This document shows positions 26,380 to 39,699 of a stretch of DNA of 64,000 nucleotides, in pieces. The stretch comes from Welwitschia mirabilis (lineage: Eukaryota). The position numbers and the translations under genes were made by a program. Numbering within the stretch: position 1 is the first letter of the stretch; each line of letters starts with the position of its first letter. The stretch spans positions 49,137,645 through 49,201,644 of the forward strand of contig JBOZIK010000001.1 of the NCBI GenBank assembly GCA_051453625.1, given 5' to 3'. The notes under the pieces were generated by a model. That model was not told the DNA's origin. It ran no database searches and saw only the letters and a list, made by a program, of their open reading frames with translations.

Positions 26380-29300
26380 TAAGGACATAATCGTTTATAC
26401 ATTAACTTGTTGTGTAAGAAACGCACTTGGGTATTGTATAAATGAACTAGTTGAACTAGCTTAAATTTCTTATGAATTAACTATTTATAATATTTAAACA
26501 TTGCTTATTTTTTATAAATAAGTTGATGATGTATAGCACAAGTACATTTTTTCATCTAAGTAATCAAGTTGAACTAATTGAGTCCTAATATTTTCATCTA
26601 AGTTTTACAAGATTAAGTTAATGAGTAGATCGATAAGATTTATAACAAATATCAAATGGTAAGACATCAATATTTTTATACACAAGTTCATAAGTGAAAA
26701 GACAATAGAATTTATTCAAGTAGTTTAAGAAGCCCAAAGAACATCATTGACTTTAGGGATCCAAGTTTTATTATTAATAGAGATAAGTTTTAGAACATGT
26801 TCTTAATTTCCCTATTTATGTTTATAGCTTGGCCACTAGATTAGGGGTGATAAGCACAGAAAATTTGATGTTCAATTCCAATGCATAAGAAACATTTTCA
26901 AAAAATATAATTGATGAAATGAGTTCTTTAGTCACTAATTATAATCTTAGAAAAACCAAAACACTAAAAGATTTAAGTTCAAATAAAATTACAAACAATT
27001 TGAACTTCATTTGTAGTAGTAGAAATAGCTTCAACCCACTTAGTAACATAATTAAAAGCCACTAAGATATAATTCTTGTCATGAGAAGGTGATTTAATAA
27101 GGCCTATAAAATCAATCCCTCGATAATCAAAAGGTTTACATTCAAGGATAGGTTTAAGGAACATATCTTAGAAGCAAGTTAGGCTATCATAATTTTGATA
27201 AGCATTACACATTCTAATAAAGTCCAAGGAATATTTGTAGGCTAAAAGAAACTAGAGTGAAGAATTTTCATTGTAGTTTTTTGATCTACTAAAGTGTCCC
27301 CCACATACTCCACCATGACAAATTTTAAGGATGTCAAGATTTTCCCATTTTGACACATATTCACACATGATTTAGTCTTTTCACCTATGCTAAATATTGG
27401 GTTTAATCAATTCATAATTATTAATCTTATGGAGAAAAGATTTTCCTTAGTTATGGTTCCAATGCTAAGGTGTTTTTATGATAATAAGGTAATTTCCAAT
27501 TTCAGCATACCAAGGAGCAATATGAGTAGAGAAGATAACATAGAGTTGTTTAACAGTAAAGAGTTATTCATTAGAAAATCAATCATTAATTTGAAGTTCA
27601 TTATAAAAACAAGAAAGTTAAGAAAATTGATCTACCATATTGTTATGTTTTCCATATTTATCAATGATAATAATATTGAACTATTGCATGATAAGGATCC
27701 ACCTAATACATTTTGCAATAGAATATTTCTTTATCATTAGGTAACGTATAGCTACATGATCCATGTAAACATTAGTATTGAAGCCAAGAAGATAGTGTTT
27801 AAGGTGATAAGGCAAAAGATGATGGAAAGCATTTCTTTTTTAGTGGTAATATATTTGTTTTGTAACTTAGACAAAGTTTTGCTAAGGTAATATATGAATT
27901 TAAAACCTTTCTCATATTTTTGATCAAAAACCCCACCCATAGCAATATTGCTAGCATTACATATAAGTTCAAAATATTTAGTCTAATTGAGTTTTATTAC
28001 AATAGGCTCATAAGATATTTTATCTTTAAGTTTTTTAAAAGCAATTTGGCATGAATTATTTCAATCAAACTTAGCTTCTTTCACAAGTAAGGAGTAAAGG
28101 GATTTATAAATATTGATATAGTCTTGCATAAAATAGTGATAGAAACTAGCATGAACAAGTAAAAATCTAACTTGTTTAACATTAGTTGAAGGATTAATGT
28201 TTTTAATGGTACCAAAATTTATGGGATCCATCCTAATTTCCCCACAAGATGGGATAACCTAAAAAACTCCCATTATTGATAAAGAAAGAAACGATTTTTC
28301 TAACTCAAGTATAGGCCACTTTCTATACATTTGTTTAAGGGTTTCTCTATCCTTTTCATGATTTATTTAAAAGTTTCACCAAAGATTGAAAACTAATCCA
28401 TAAATATCTCAATGGATTCCTTTATCATATCAAAAAAAATTTCTATCATTACACATTGAAAAGTTTCAGGGGCATTACAAAGTCCAAAAGGCATTCTTCT
28501 AAAGGTAAAGATTTCAAAAGGGTAAGTAAAGGTTGTCTTTGCCTGGTTGTCACTAGTTACAAAAAACCTAATTATAACCACTATACTCAATTAAAAATAG
28601 TAGTAGACATATCACTGGATTCTATTAAGTACTTGATCTAGAAAGGGTAAAACCTCATTAAGTTTTCTAAAGTCAATGCACATCCTATACTTTTCACCCT
28701 TCTTAGGTATTACCATTAAGGGGCTAATCCACTCACTATTAGATATATTATAGATAATCCTAGTATTCATAAGTTTAATAATGCTTAACTACTTGCTTAA
28801 GGGTTGATTTAAGTCTTCATTGGGGTTGTCTAACTTGTTTAGCATTATATTCAAGGTAGATTTTATGTTACAATATAAAAGATGAAATGGTATCCAATTT
28901 TTTATGGCTTTCAAAAAAATCATTCGCTTTAGAATTTAAAAGTGAGACTGATTTGGATTATTGTTTAGGGGTAAGAAGCTTATTTATCACCAATAGTTCT
29001 TAATATTTTTAAATAGGAAGATGTATTTTAGACTTTTGTGTAATTCTTTTAGTTTCAAGTTGTAATCACCATTTACTACTAAACTCCCATCATTTATCAT
29101 TGTTTATGACTATCATCTAGATGAGTCTAGTGTATGATGCTCCTCATCAAAAAGTGTTTTTTTCNNNNNNNNNNTCTTGAGTTTACATGTTGAAATTCAT
29201 CCTAGTTTAAAACTTCCTCATCTTCATGATTAATACTATTTATTTCAATTGGATCATCATACAAAGTTGGTTCATGTAACATTATTAATCTCTCTTCAAC

Positions 29301-31640
29301 TGGAATATGTTGTAAAAATAAAGTTGGTTAATTTCATCTTTTAAGTTTTACTCATATCCCATGTCTTTCTCAATAGCATCAATAACTTTAATGGTGAATT
29401 TCTTATTACCTATGTAACATTCTATTATTCCCGTTTATATGTCTATGATGTAATAGGTGTTTGTACAAAAGGATCTTCCTAAATGTAGTGGAACCTCCAT
29501 CATGTTCTACTTCAATAATAACCACATCTATGAGGTAGAAGGCTTCTTTTATTTGAATAACTAAGTCTTTAATGATCCCTAAGGATTTCTTGATTAAAGT
29601 ATCAATTAGCCTCAAGATGATTTATGTAGGTTCAACTATAATTTTCAAATCAAGTCTTTTGCATATGCAAAGAGACATGATGTTTACACTTACTTTTATA
29701 GCTGTCAAGAATCTTCTAATTCTCTTATTTCCTTCTAAAGTAATACACACTATTTCTATCCTAAGATTTTAAATTTAGAACATTTTTCCATAACTAAGTT
29801 GGAGATAGATTAAGCAAGGAAGACCTTATTAGGAATGGTACATTTTTGTTTTCTTCTAACTAGGTCTTTCCACAACTTGACATATTTAGGATTTTTTTGA
29901 AAGAGTTTCCAAAAGGATATGTTGATGCTCGCATATTGCATTAAGGGTTCTAAGTATTCATTAAAGGTAGGATTCATGTTTAGTTTATCAAGCCAAGGGG
30001 TAGCTAATATTTTTTCTTTATTTTCTTATGAAGAATTTTTCATGGTATGCTTATCTTTAAAAGTTAAAGGAAGTTGTATATTTCTAATATTTTTACATCA
30101 TCCTCTTCCTCATCTTTTTCATTATTTTTAAAAGTTAAGGCTTTATAGGTATGCAATAATGTATCATTTTCACTTATAATCACTACCTTCTAATATTTCT
30201 TAACTTCATTTAGGTTTGGTAAAGATTAAGATGCAAGAGACCCTTGTGGTGGTTGATTAGCCAACATCATTTGTTGAAGTACATTAACTAAATTTTTAAT
30301 GTTTTTAATCTGGTTCTTAATAGTTATGTTGATCCTTTCTTTTTTTTTTTTTCAACTCCTATATTAAGTCTCTAAGTAAATCACTCTGACTTTATTAAAA
30401 CTTTAATGTAGTAGTCAAAAGTTCGAGTGACTTGATTGAAAATTTGAATTCTTGACTCTATTCTCAAAAGGGTATTAATTTGATTGCTTAGTCATTCTTT
30501 GTTGATACTGGGATNNNNNNNNNNNNNNNNNNNNNNNNNNNNNNNNNNNNNNNNNNNNNNNNNNNNNNNNNNNNNNNNNNNNNNNNNNNNNNNNNNNNNN
30601 NNNNNNNNNNNNNNAAAGTTCGAGTGACTTGATTGAAAATTTGAATTCTTGAATCTATTCTCAAAAGGTTATTAATTTGATTGCTTAGTAATTCTTTGTT
30701 GATACTGTGATTGGTTTTTAAAGTTGAAATGCCTTTTGTTGAATGCACATACTTCCTTAAGCATCTTCTCTTTACATGTTGGAGACAAGGAACATTCTTT
30801 TATTGAATGAGAGTTATCTTTACATAATTCACATTTTGAAATTACATTTCCTTATTTGGGACTTTTTCATCGACTATAATTTGAGTATATTTTTTTAAAG
30901 TTATAGTGAAATCCTTAATTGCATCAGTTAAATCATGTTTCTTTTCCTCCTTGTCATATCTTACTTCCTTTAGATCTTTTAGGATTTGGCCTATGGCTTA
31001 ATTTTCCCTAGAAATTGGTTTTGGTTAAGTTTGACTTATCTTTACTAAATTTTCTAAAACTTTCATGCTTCATATAAAGTTAAGTTTATTATGTTGCCAC
31101 TACAAGTAAAGTTTACAAGTTGTTTTATTTCACTATTAAATTCATAGTAAAAATAACCTATCAATTCCTCTTTAGAAAATTCCTCAACAGGATTGGAATG
31201 AATAGCTATAATAAATCATTCATAAGTTAAGGCATAATATTTATAATGTTGTTAAAAGTTGGTAACCTTATTTCTTATTGTTCTCATGGTACTTTCACTT
31301 ATAAAACTCTTAATAAAATATTTTACACTTAATTCCATGATTTAAGGCTCTTATGTGGAATGGTTCTAAGCCAAAGTTTAGCTTTTTCTTTAAGTGTGAT
31401 AGAAAAGATGACCAGGTAAGTTCAATAACTAATTCATTTTTTCCCATTCCATGAAGTAACCACAAGTTTTTTATATTGGCTAGATGTGAAAATGGGTCCT
31501 CTTTAGGATCTTCCAAATATATTAGCTATGCATTTAAGTTTCTAAGTTCTACATCATCACCATAAGGTAAGTTGAAAGGATTTTAAATTTGACATTTTCT
31601 ATTAGCTATCAAAACTCTAAGCATAGCATTTACATTCAAA
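26380..31640 (-). pseudogene. degenerate gag-pol of gypsy copy D
   Basis: EDPFSHL (gag, 31310-31516); protease region 29406-29615; RT KTTFTYPFEIFTFRRMPFGLCNAPETFQ...IEIFMD (28393-28590); RNase H IYYLSKTL...YITTKKEMLSII (27752-27940); integrase GIDFIG...NYVTKWVEA (26979-27164). Confidence 0.9.
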
Positions 31641-32422
31641 GTAGATGTTCCTACCATGATTAGAGTACTAGATGAAGTAATTTATTTTTGATTTTGTGTC
31701 GAATTTGACATAGATGAAGAATAAATAAAATAATTTACTTTTATTCTGCTCTTTTTACAATCTTCTTTTGAAAATTCAATTTTGAAATAATAAAAGTAGA
31801 AAAATCTTCTTCTTCAATTCTTGAAATTTGCATACCTGAAATGTGCATGCTTGGATTTTACTCATAGTTAAATAAGATTTTTCTAATGTTTTCATCAATC
31901 AAGCTCTACTCCCTCTGATAATTTGTCTTTTTACTAGAATTTATCATGTTTCTACATACTCAAAAAATGTGTAAAGGCCATCGTTTTATCTATCACTTGA
32001 ATGATATAATAGATGAACAACAAATATATTTTGTAGAAAAAAAGAAAATTAATGAACTATAGGCACAAAAAAAAAAGAAACAGAAATACTAATAGTTATT
32101 TAATCAGTCATTTGGATGATAGAGGAGATTACATTAACTTTCTTACACTACTAAAAATAAAAAAATCCCAGTGTGAAAAAATTAAAAAAAATAAAAAAAA
32201 CCTAACTATAGAATGTCATCCATATCATTATCTACATAACAAATAAGATAACAGGTCTTATTAACTCTATGAAAAAAATTACAAAAATAAACTTACAAAA
32301 ATTTAAAATAAAATATATACCACTACTTCAAATAAATAACTTGAATTGAGATTCACGATACTTATCTGATATATAAAAAATCCTCCAACTCTTTGCGACC
32401 TTTATTGATAATGGTAATAAAA

Positions 32423-33671
32423 TGTTATGATATGAATTTATGCAATTATTAAGTCCTTTAGTAAAGCTTATAAATCACAAATGCTTTCATAAAACAGACA
32501 CTAGTATAAATGAGAGTTAACCCGAATGTTATAATCCATTGAAGGAATTAGGCTAGAGGTTAGAGAATTTATTTTGACAAAGCATTTTTGATTTTTTTCA
32601 TTTAAGTAAATAAAATAATAGTAATGTAAAAATAAAATGCAAGATGAATGTTAATGCAATGCTTATAGATGAAATGCAAATGAAATAACTCTAAGTAATG
32701 AATCTATTTGACTACTAATCTTTCTATCACAAAGATAATCTTGTATAACTTAGGTCAATTAGGAAAAAATATCACTTAATCCTAACTAACATAAGTTATA
32801 AAGTACATTGAATAGAATATAGATAAATTCAACTATTATAATTACAAAAATGTAAGATGAAATGAAATGCAAGTACTTAAACTAACAATATCAACCTATC
32901 GAAGGTTGCCCTTTTGGTTTAGATCAACTATGAAATTGTCATAGAATCATAACCAACATAAATCATAAGGGAGATGCACATAATAGAAGTAAAGTAATCT
33001 TTTATTAATCTTTAACTAATCATTCACTTATAAAGTAGCAGCATCTCAATAGAGGATACACAACCCAACACTAAGAAATATTTCTCTTTGTAGCATAAGA
33101 TAAACCTCTTGTTCTTCAATCTTTCATTGTAAGACTTTCTAGTACAAAATGATGAATTTGGAAGTGAGGGTAAGGAAGGTATTTATAGTCTACATAGAAG
33201 ATTCTAGAGCAAAACCCTAAAAGTCAAAAATGAAACCCTAGTAGCTCACATGGGTTACATGACCCTATTATAAAGATAATTCATTTTGTCATATAAAATA
33301 AGTACCATCCTAATGGTCGTCTAGATGATTCTAGGAGATGATGTCCTACAGCAAGCCCAGGTCCATGTTCGCATCTTTGTCAACTTCAAATGTATGGTTG
33401 TCCAGTGATTGTCATCAAGATGACTACATGGATTGCATCCTCTTATGTTCTTTAATTAAGCAAAATCAGCCTTCTAGGTTATTAAACTCTTTCTTAGAAT
33501 GGTAGATATCAAAATTTATTTAAAAACTTTCAAATATGTTAAGGATTGCATATTTCCATGATCATACCAATGGTTCTTCATAATCATCAAAACTCCACTT
33601 AAACCTAACTAAATGTCCTACAAAAGTACTCAAAACATCCCATTAAATACACATAATCTAGCATAATAAAA
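32423..33671 (-). repeat. 5' LTR of gypsy copy D
   Basis: Begins TGTTATGATATGAATTTATGCAAT (reverse complement of the LTR A end) and is a direct repeat of 19790-20817. The right end is approximate. Confidence 0.8.
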
Positions 33672-36200
33672 AATTAACTTATTGAAGGTTTTTTACTTGA
33701 CCATAACTCATATGAAATCTTAGAAGAAAAATGTCTTATTAGAATTCTATCAGAAATGTACTAAGTTGTGTTAATTGCTTTTGTTCAAAAGCAATAAGAT
33801 ACCTTTTTTCATGCATCATTATTCTAGTAATTTCATTAATTATTCTATATCTTCTTTCTACCACTCCCTTTTTTGAGGGGTTCTTGGTGTCGAGAATCAA
33901 TGTAGAATGTAAAACTATTCATAGATCTCTCTGAACCTTACATTCTTAAATTTGATGCCATTGTTACTTCTTATCATCTTGATCATGTATCCTTTTTTGT
34001 TCTATAACCTAATACACAACTTAAAGAAAGCACTAAGGACATCATCCTTGTATGCAATAAAGACTACCTATGTAAAATAAGAATAATTATTTACAATAGA
34101 TAAATGAGATATTTTCTTACCTAGATGTTCTATAGATGAAGGATCAATAATGTCAAGATGTAAAAGACCTAAAGGGAATTTAGTTGAAATAGTAATTTTC
34201 TTACTAAATCTTACCCTTATCTACTTTCCTTCCTAACATGCTTTAATAAGTTAATTATTAGTGCTTTTTAACTTAGGAAGTCCTCTTATCATGTTTTTTT
34301 GAATAAGATTTTAAGCAGGTATTTATTCACATGTTCAAGCTTCATATGTCATAGCTCTGCTTCACCTCTAGTAGATTACGCCCTCCAATAGTACCAATAC
34401 CTTTGATAGGTTCTCTTGTATTATCTCCAAAGATTACCACTCCTTCATCTTATTTCACCAAGGTGGTGAAGCTAGATTTTTCTCCTATCATGTGCCTTAA
34501 GCATTCACTATTCATGTACTAGACATGCTTGTTTACTATTCTTAGTGTAAGTTTTATTACAATTGCTAGTTTTGATTTTGGTATCCATATGTTTTTTGGT
34601 TTGTCCTATACAAAAGATTATACAATGCCTCTAGACATCATAGCATTATTAGTATAATATATATTTTTAAATTTCATTAGGCACTTATATTGATAATGAC
34701 CTCTGTTATGGCAATAATAGCATATGATATTATTTGTAAACATTAAATGTTCATCCCTTGTTTTATAATTCCATTTGTTAAAAAAAGAGGCTAAAGTACT
34801 AGTGGAGGCTTCATTGTGCCCCATATCACTTTTTTGACTTAAGCTTCTACATTACCTAAGCATGATATTCAATGTCTTCTTTTGTTGGGTAAATTTCTTA
34901 TTGATTTTCTTTGAGTCTAATAGTTCCTATTTTACATTCTTTAAATCATATGCTATTTTACTAATCATAAGATAATTTACTATAAGAATTATTTTCTTAT
35001 TCATAAGCTTATTTTTGAGTATGAAGTAATTTTTTTAATCTTAGTACATACCTTTTATAATTTAACAATTTCTTCAAAAATTAAATTATACCTTTCTTAA
35101 ACATCCATACATGTATCATGTTTACTTTTTGATGTTTCTACTTCTGCTGTTTCTTCATCATCATCCCATCCTATGAAGAAAGATTTCTTTTTCTTTATCT
35201 CTTTCTTTTATGCCTTTTCCTGTATTTTATTATCACTAGGACATTCTGAGGCTATATGTTCTCATCCTTCATATACCAACATTCTAGTTTAGAAACACTA
35301 GATTTAGAAGAAAATAAAATGTTACTAGAATTATTACTTTTAAACTTACCTCTACCTAGAAATCCAAATGACTTTCTATAATTCTTCATTCTATTGTATT
35401 TGCATGAGAGTAGTATCTTGACTCATCTTATGATAAGAGTGAATTCTTCATCTACATCTTCCTTAGAGTCATCTTTTTCTGGTTTCTTCTTTTTCCTTTT
35501 TTTTTTTTAAACTTTGTAATTTTACTAGTCTTAAGAACAATGGGTTTCTTTTTTAAGTTACCATCTTGTATGAGATTTAATTTATATGCTAATAGAGAAT
35601 TTTGTAGGACTTGAATCTTCATGGAGTTAAATCTCTCGATTCTTCCATGGCTTTAGTCTTAGGCCTATATTTAAGGGTTAGAGATCTAATAACATTTTGT
35701 ATTACATTGGCCTCTCAAATACTTTTGTCAATGTTATGTATTACATTCATAATGTTGAAGACTCTTATGAAGTACTCATGAACTCTTTCTCCATTGTTTA
35801 TTTTAAGATTTTTGAACTAGTTCTACCATATAAGTAGCTTTGACTACTTGATAATAGTTTCTTTAAATGCTCTAAAATGAACATTTTATATTCTTTTATG
35901 TCACATTATAACCTACTATTTTATTGAACTCCTTAATTATTATATTTGAATGCATTTTTGGCTTTAGAATCATATATGAAGATTTCCTTCTCTTTGTCTT
36001 TCCAATCTTTTCTTTGTTTAATCTATTTGATGGTGTTACTTGCAACATCTATTATAGTTTTTATTGGATCTATATATCCTCTTTCTATGCTTTACCGAAT
36101 CTAAACTTAAAATATTATAAGTACATCCATATCCTCATCTTCCAATATGCATAATTAGTCCCATTAAAGAGTGGAGGTTTATGGATGAAACCCCTTTCAT
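33672..36200 (-). pseudogene. degenerate copia gag-protease-integrase
   Basis: KPPLFNGTNYAYWKMR (~36130-36185); NVIRSLTLKYRPKTKAMEE (~35640-35700); CYYCHNRGH knuckle; *YMNSECLRHMIG (for WYLDSGCSRHMTG, ~34490-34525); L*HMKLEH; FSTPRTPQKRGVVER; SYELWSSKKP. Confidence 0.85.
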
Positions 36201-37317
36201 AGTTCACTCAAGGATGTTATTTCTTTTTGTGAGTACCCATTATGATACCACTTGAGAATCATTGAACTTGCAGGATAAGGATGAATGAGTTCTACTAAAT
36301 AAAAATTTCATTAATAACAAATTGAAAACTGGTGTAATAAACATCCTACTAAGATAACATGGGTTCCCAACCTAGGTATGTTCACACATAGAGGATAGAT
36401 TTCTCTCACATCTTTGGATATTTTAACTTACAAAGAAATAGTGGTTTTGGCACACCACCATTTTTAGAATAAGATGGGAAGTCTCCTTTTAAGGTAGCAC
36501 TCTCTTTCCTTCAGTGATATCAATAATAATACCAAAAATGTGCACACCTACATAACCTAAAGTGAGATACTCCTTGTAAGGTAGTAATATTTTCCACTTA
36601 GGAAAATTTAACAATATAATAATAAAAGTCCTCAAAAATACTTCATGAATCACACCTATATAAGGGTTGTCTTATAGTGAGGAATCTTAGTAAGGCATCC
36701 TTAAGATTTGATAATACAAGAATGTGCTATACAATAATATTCAAGAATGATATAGTCCAACAACATAATATATAAAAAATAGATATAACAACAATTCTAA
36801 ATGATCTTTAAAGAAGAGATTGATTTTCTTATTGTCATTGTCATGACAAGTACTAAAGAATGATGCAACGATTTAGGATCTAGATAACAAAGGTAGACAC
36901 TAAAAATTCTTACAATAATAGCTTAATCCTTCATATTTATAATTGTGATCATCGTAAACCCTTTATATGATTAAAATTCATAATGAGGATTCATTGACAT
37001 AGTTGATATAAACAATCATATGTGTTTTTATAATTGTGATCATTGTTTTGTTAAAAACTCATTAGTTATTTTCTAAATTCATATAGTTTATTATTAGAAA
37101 GTAGTTTTCTTATGAATGAATTTTTTCAATTCTTTTCAAGATCAAATTTGACTCTAAATAGTTTGTAATTATAAGTTGGTTTTATTTGTAACTATAGTCG
37201 TAAATGTAATCATTTTAATTTTATCTAATGTTATCAAACTTGACTAAATTTTTCATAAGATCATTGGTGTTTTTCCCATGAAATACAAACAATAATTAAA
37301 CATTTTTAACTTCTACA
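33672..37317 (-). mobile_element. Ty1/copia element (possibly SIRE-like), 5' half only
   Basis: PBS TGGTATCA (36243-36250, minus strand) next to a putative 5' LTR at ~36253-37317 (far end tentative). Gag, protease and integrase relics are cut by LTR D. Confidence 0.75.
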
Positions 37318-37319
37318 TT

Positions 37320-37640
37320 TTGTTCTAGTACAAATAATAATGATCAATTACTCATTTGTTCTTTCTGAAAATCAAGTTCCTTAAGGGTTTATCTTACCTG
37401 AGTTGCATTATTTACATTCTATGCTATTAAGTCTTTAAAATTTATTTAATTCATTAGATATGTTATAATTAGGTTTTGATGTAAATAGGATGGTAAAAAC
37501 ATTTTTCCTAGTTATACTACTCGATTTTATTAAGGATTAAAGTAGGGTAATTTATAGGATCTAGTTGGGATATCATCATGGAATTGAAAGTAGGTCCATG
37601 CATGGTTAAACATCCATTCTTCGCATACTTTAAAGGGTTA
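37320..37640 (-). pseudogene. possible Ulp1/peptidase C48-like relic of a DNA transposon
   Basis: Weak motif spacing on the minus strand: EEWMFNH..., KMFLPSYLHQN, QMSN*SLLFVL. This resembles the WL.D / F.P....HW / Q.N..DCG.FV pattern but is heavily degenerate. Confidence 0.25.
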
Positions 37641-39699
37641 ATAAAGTGGTTAGTTTAAATTTAGTGGAGATGTGAAATTAAATTACATTATAATTAATCT
37701 TATGATGGTGATGTTAATATACAAGTAGGATTCTAAGTAAAATTAAATAGAATTTGAAGTAAAATTTAGACTCTGAATTATTATTGGTGGTAAACTTATA
37801 ATATAGTTAAATATGGCAAACAAATTTGTTAACTAACTCCATATTTTAGTACTAAATTGATTATTGCTAACATACATATAATCATTACATGTCATTATTC
37901 AAATTAGTTATTGATGTACTTGTGGTCAACATATTTATTAGAGTTATATCACTTTAATTTCTTAATTAGTATATCATCTTAAGTGTAGAACATATTTGAA
38001 GTAGATATTGACGGACTATTTTGTTTTAAACTTTTATTGCTACAATTATTTTCCTTTTAATGACTAGGTTTTTTCCATATCAATGTAAGCATTTCTAATA
38101 TTTCTTTTTAAGTTGTGTGGAATTTTGATAGTTATCCCAAATAACTACATTCTATAGGTTTAGTTTCATTTCTTTATAAAACATAAGGTAAGGTTGAGAT
38201 GGATAAGGAACAGTAATCCAATTAGAAATTAGTGCATTAAAAGATTTAAAATCTTTAACCATTCCTTTAAGATTGGAAGATTAACTTTTTATTTCTTCAT
38301 TCATGTTTTTAAAGATGTTTTTAAGAATAGACAAATTAAAATATAATGAATTTCAACCAATCCTTAGTTGGTCAAAAATACCTTTTTAAAATTTAATCTT
38401 ATTTTATTAGAATACGTGTTTAATAAGAATTTCTATTTAGTTACTCTACAAAGAGAGTGAAATTGTAAGATGTAATTGAATCCTTCCTATAAAGTCTAAC
38501 AAACTCTTTATTTAGATTATAATCAATAAGAAATTCCTCCCTACATCACTCGAACACCTTTTTCAACTGCACCCCAAATTCTAATGTTTTAGGTTTTGAA
38601 TATTAATATTATAATTTAATTTTAAAATCCAAGAAGACTTTCTTAAAGTTGTTCTATCATTCAGGGTTTATTTTTTGTGGATCGTAAATTTACTTGTAAT
38701 TTCTTCCTTTTAATGTTTTGATTAGACATGATTTGTAGCTTTATTTGAGATTGTCTCTCTTATTATTAAGGTTAAGAAGTTATTTGTCTTAAACATCAAG
38801 AGGATAGATCTCTATTTCATGAAGGTTGTTTACTAGTCTTTTTGATATTTTATAATGCATACATATTCCAAGTACAAAAATATAATTTATGCCATAGAAA
38901 GATCAATATGTAATCAGCAAATTCATTATAAATTAAAAAACAAATAGAATAATGTTTATTAGAATTTCAAACTAATTATTTTCTAGTTTGCAATAATATT
39001 TTAAAAATAACAAGTTTGTTTAACTTATACAATCACTTTATGATAATACATATTTTTTTGTTGAATATATTTAGAAAAGGTTTGGGTACTTAGCTGGATC
39101 CTAAGGTCCAACAAAGTATAATCTACTTCTATTAATCTAATAGTTTTTCACGTGTTTTCCTTTTTGAGTTCCTTCTAATTTCTCTAATGTTATACCTTTC
39201 AAAATAAGGAAAAAATCATATTTTTATAGGTTTTCAAATTTATCACAAAGAAGAATACCTAGATAGTAGAAATAACAATGTATAAAAGAATTAAAGTAAA
39301 AAAAACCAAGAAATGAATTTGTTTAAAAGAAAGAAAAATGCAACAAAGAGTTTATAAAAAAGGAAAAGAATAAAATGATTTAAAAGCTAAAGTTTAAAAA
39401 TGAAATAAATAATTTTAGAAACTTCAACAAAAAGAATCAAAGTATTAGGTAGAAAACTTGAGAATAAATGTAATTAACTTAATCTATTTTAATATTTTAA
39501 ATTTCTAAAGCTTTGTCAACAATGACATTAAAAATATAATAGTACTAAGAAACTAGAAAAGGTGATCAATGACTTATGTCTTGTACTTATGGAATCTATC
39601 AAATATAGATTTAAAATAATAAAAACTTAGGATTAAGTAAATCACATATAAACTAATTAATTTCTTAATCAATGAATGAAAATAACTCAGATGATAATA

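Larger units (their letters stand above)
24814..33671 (-). mobile_element. Athila-like Ty3/gypsy element (copy D) with 5' LTR and decayed gag-pol
   Basis: 5' LTR 32423-33671, eroded PBS next to it, gag-PR-RT-RH-IN on the minus strand, and a 3' region paralogous to copies A and C. Confidence 0.85.

Noticed and set aside
30417..30710. ~95-bp direct repeat inside gag of copy D
   Set aside because: Near-identical copies flank a gap, so this is most likely an unmerged contig overlap. The same applies to 5398-5411 vs 5512-5525 and the microsatellite pair at 41659-42323.
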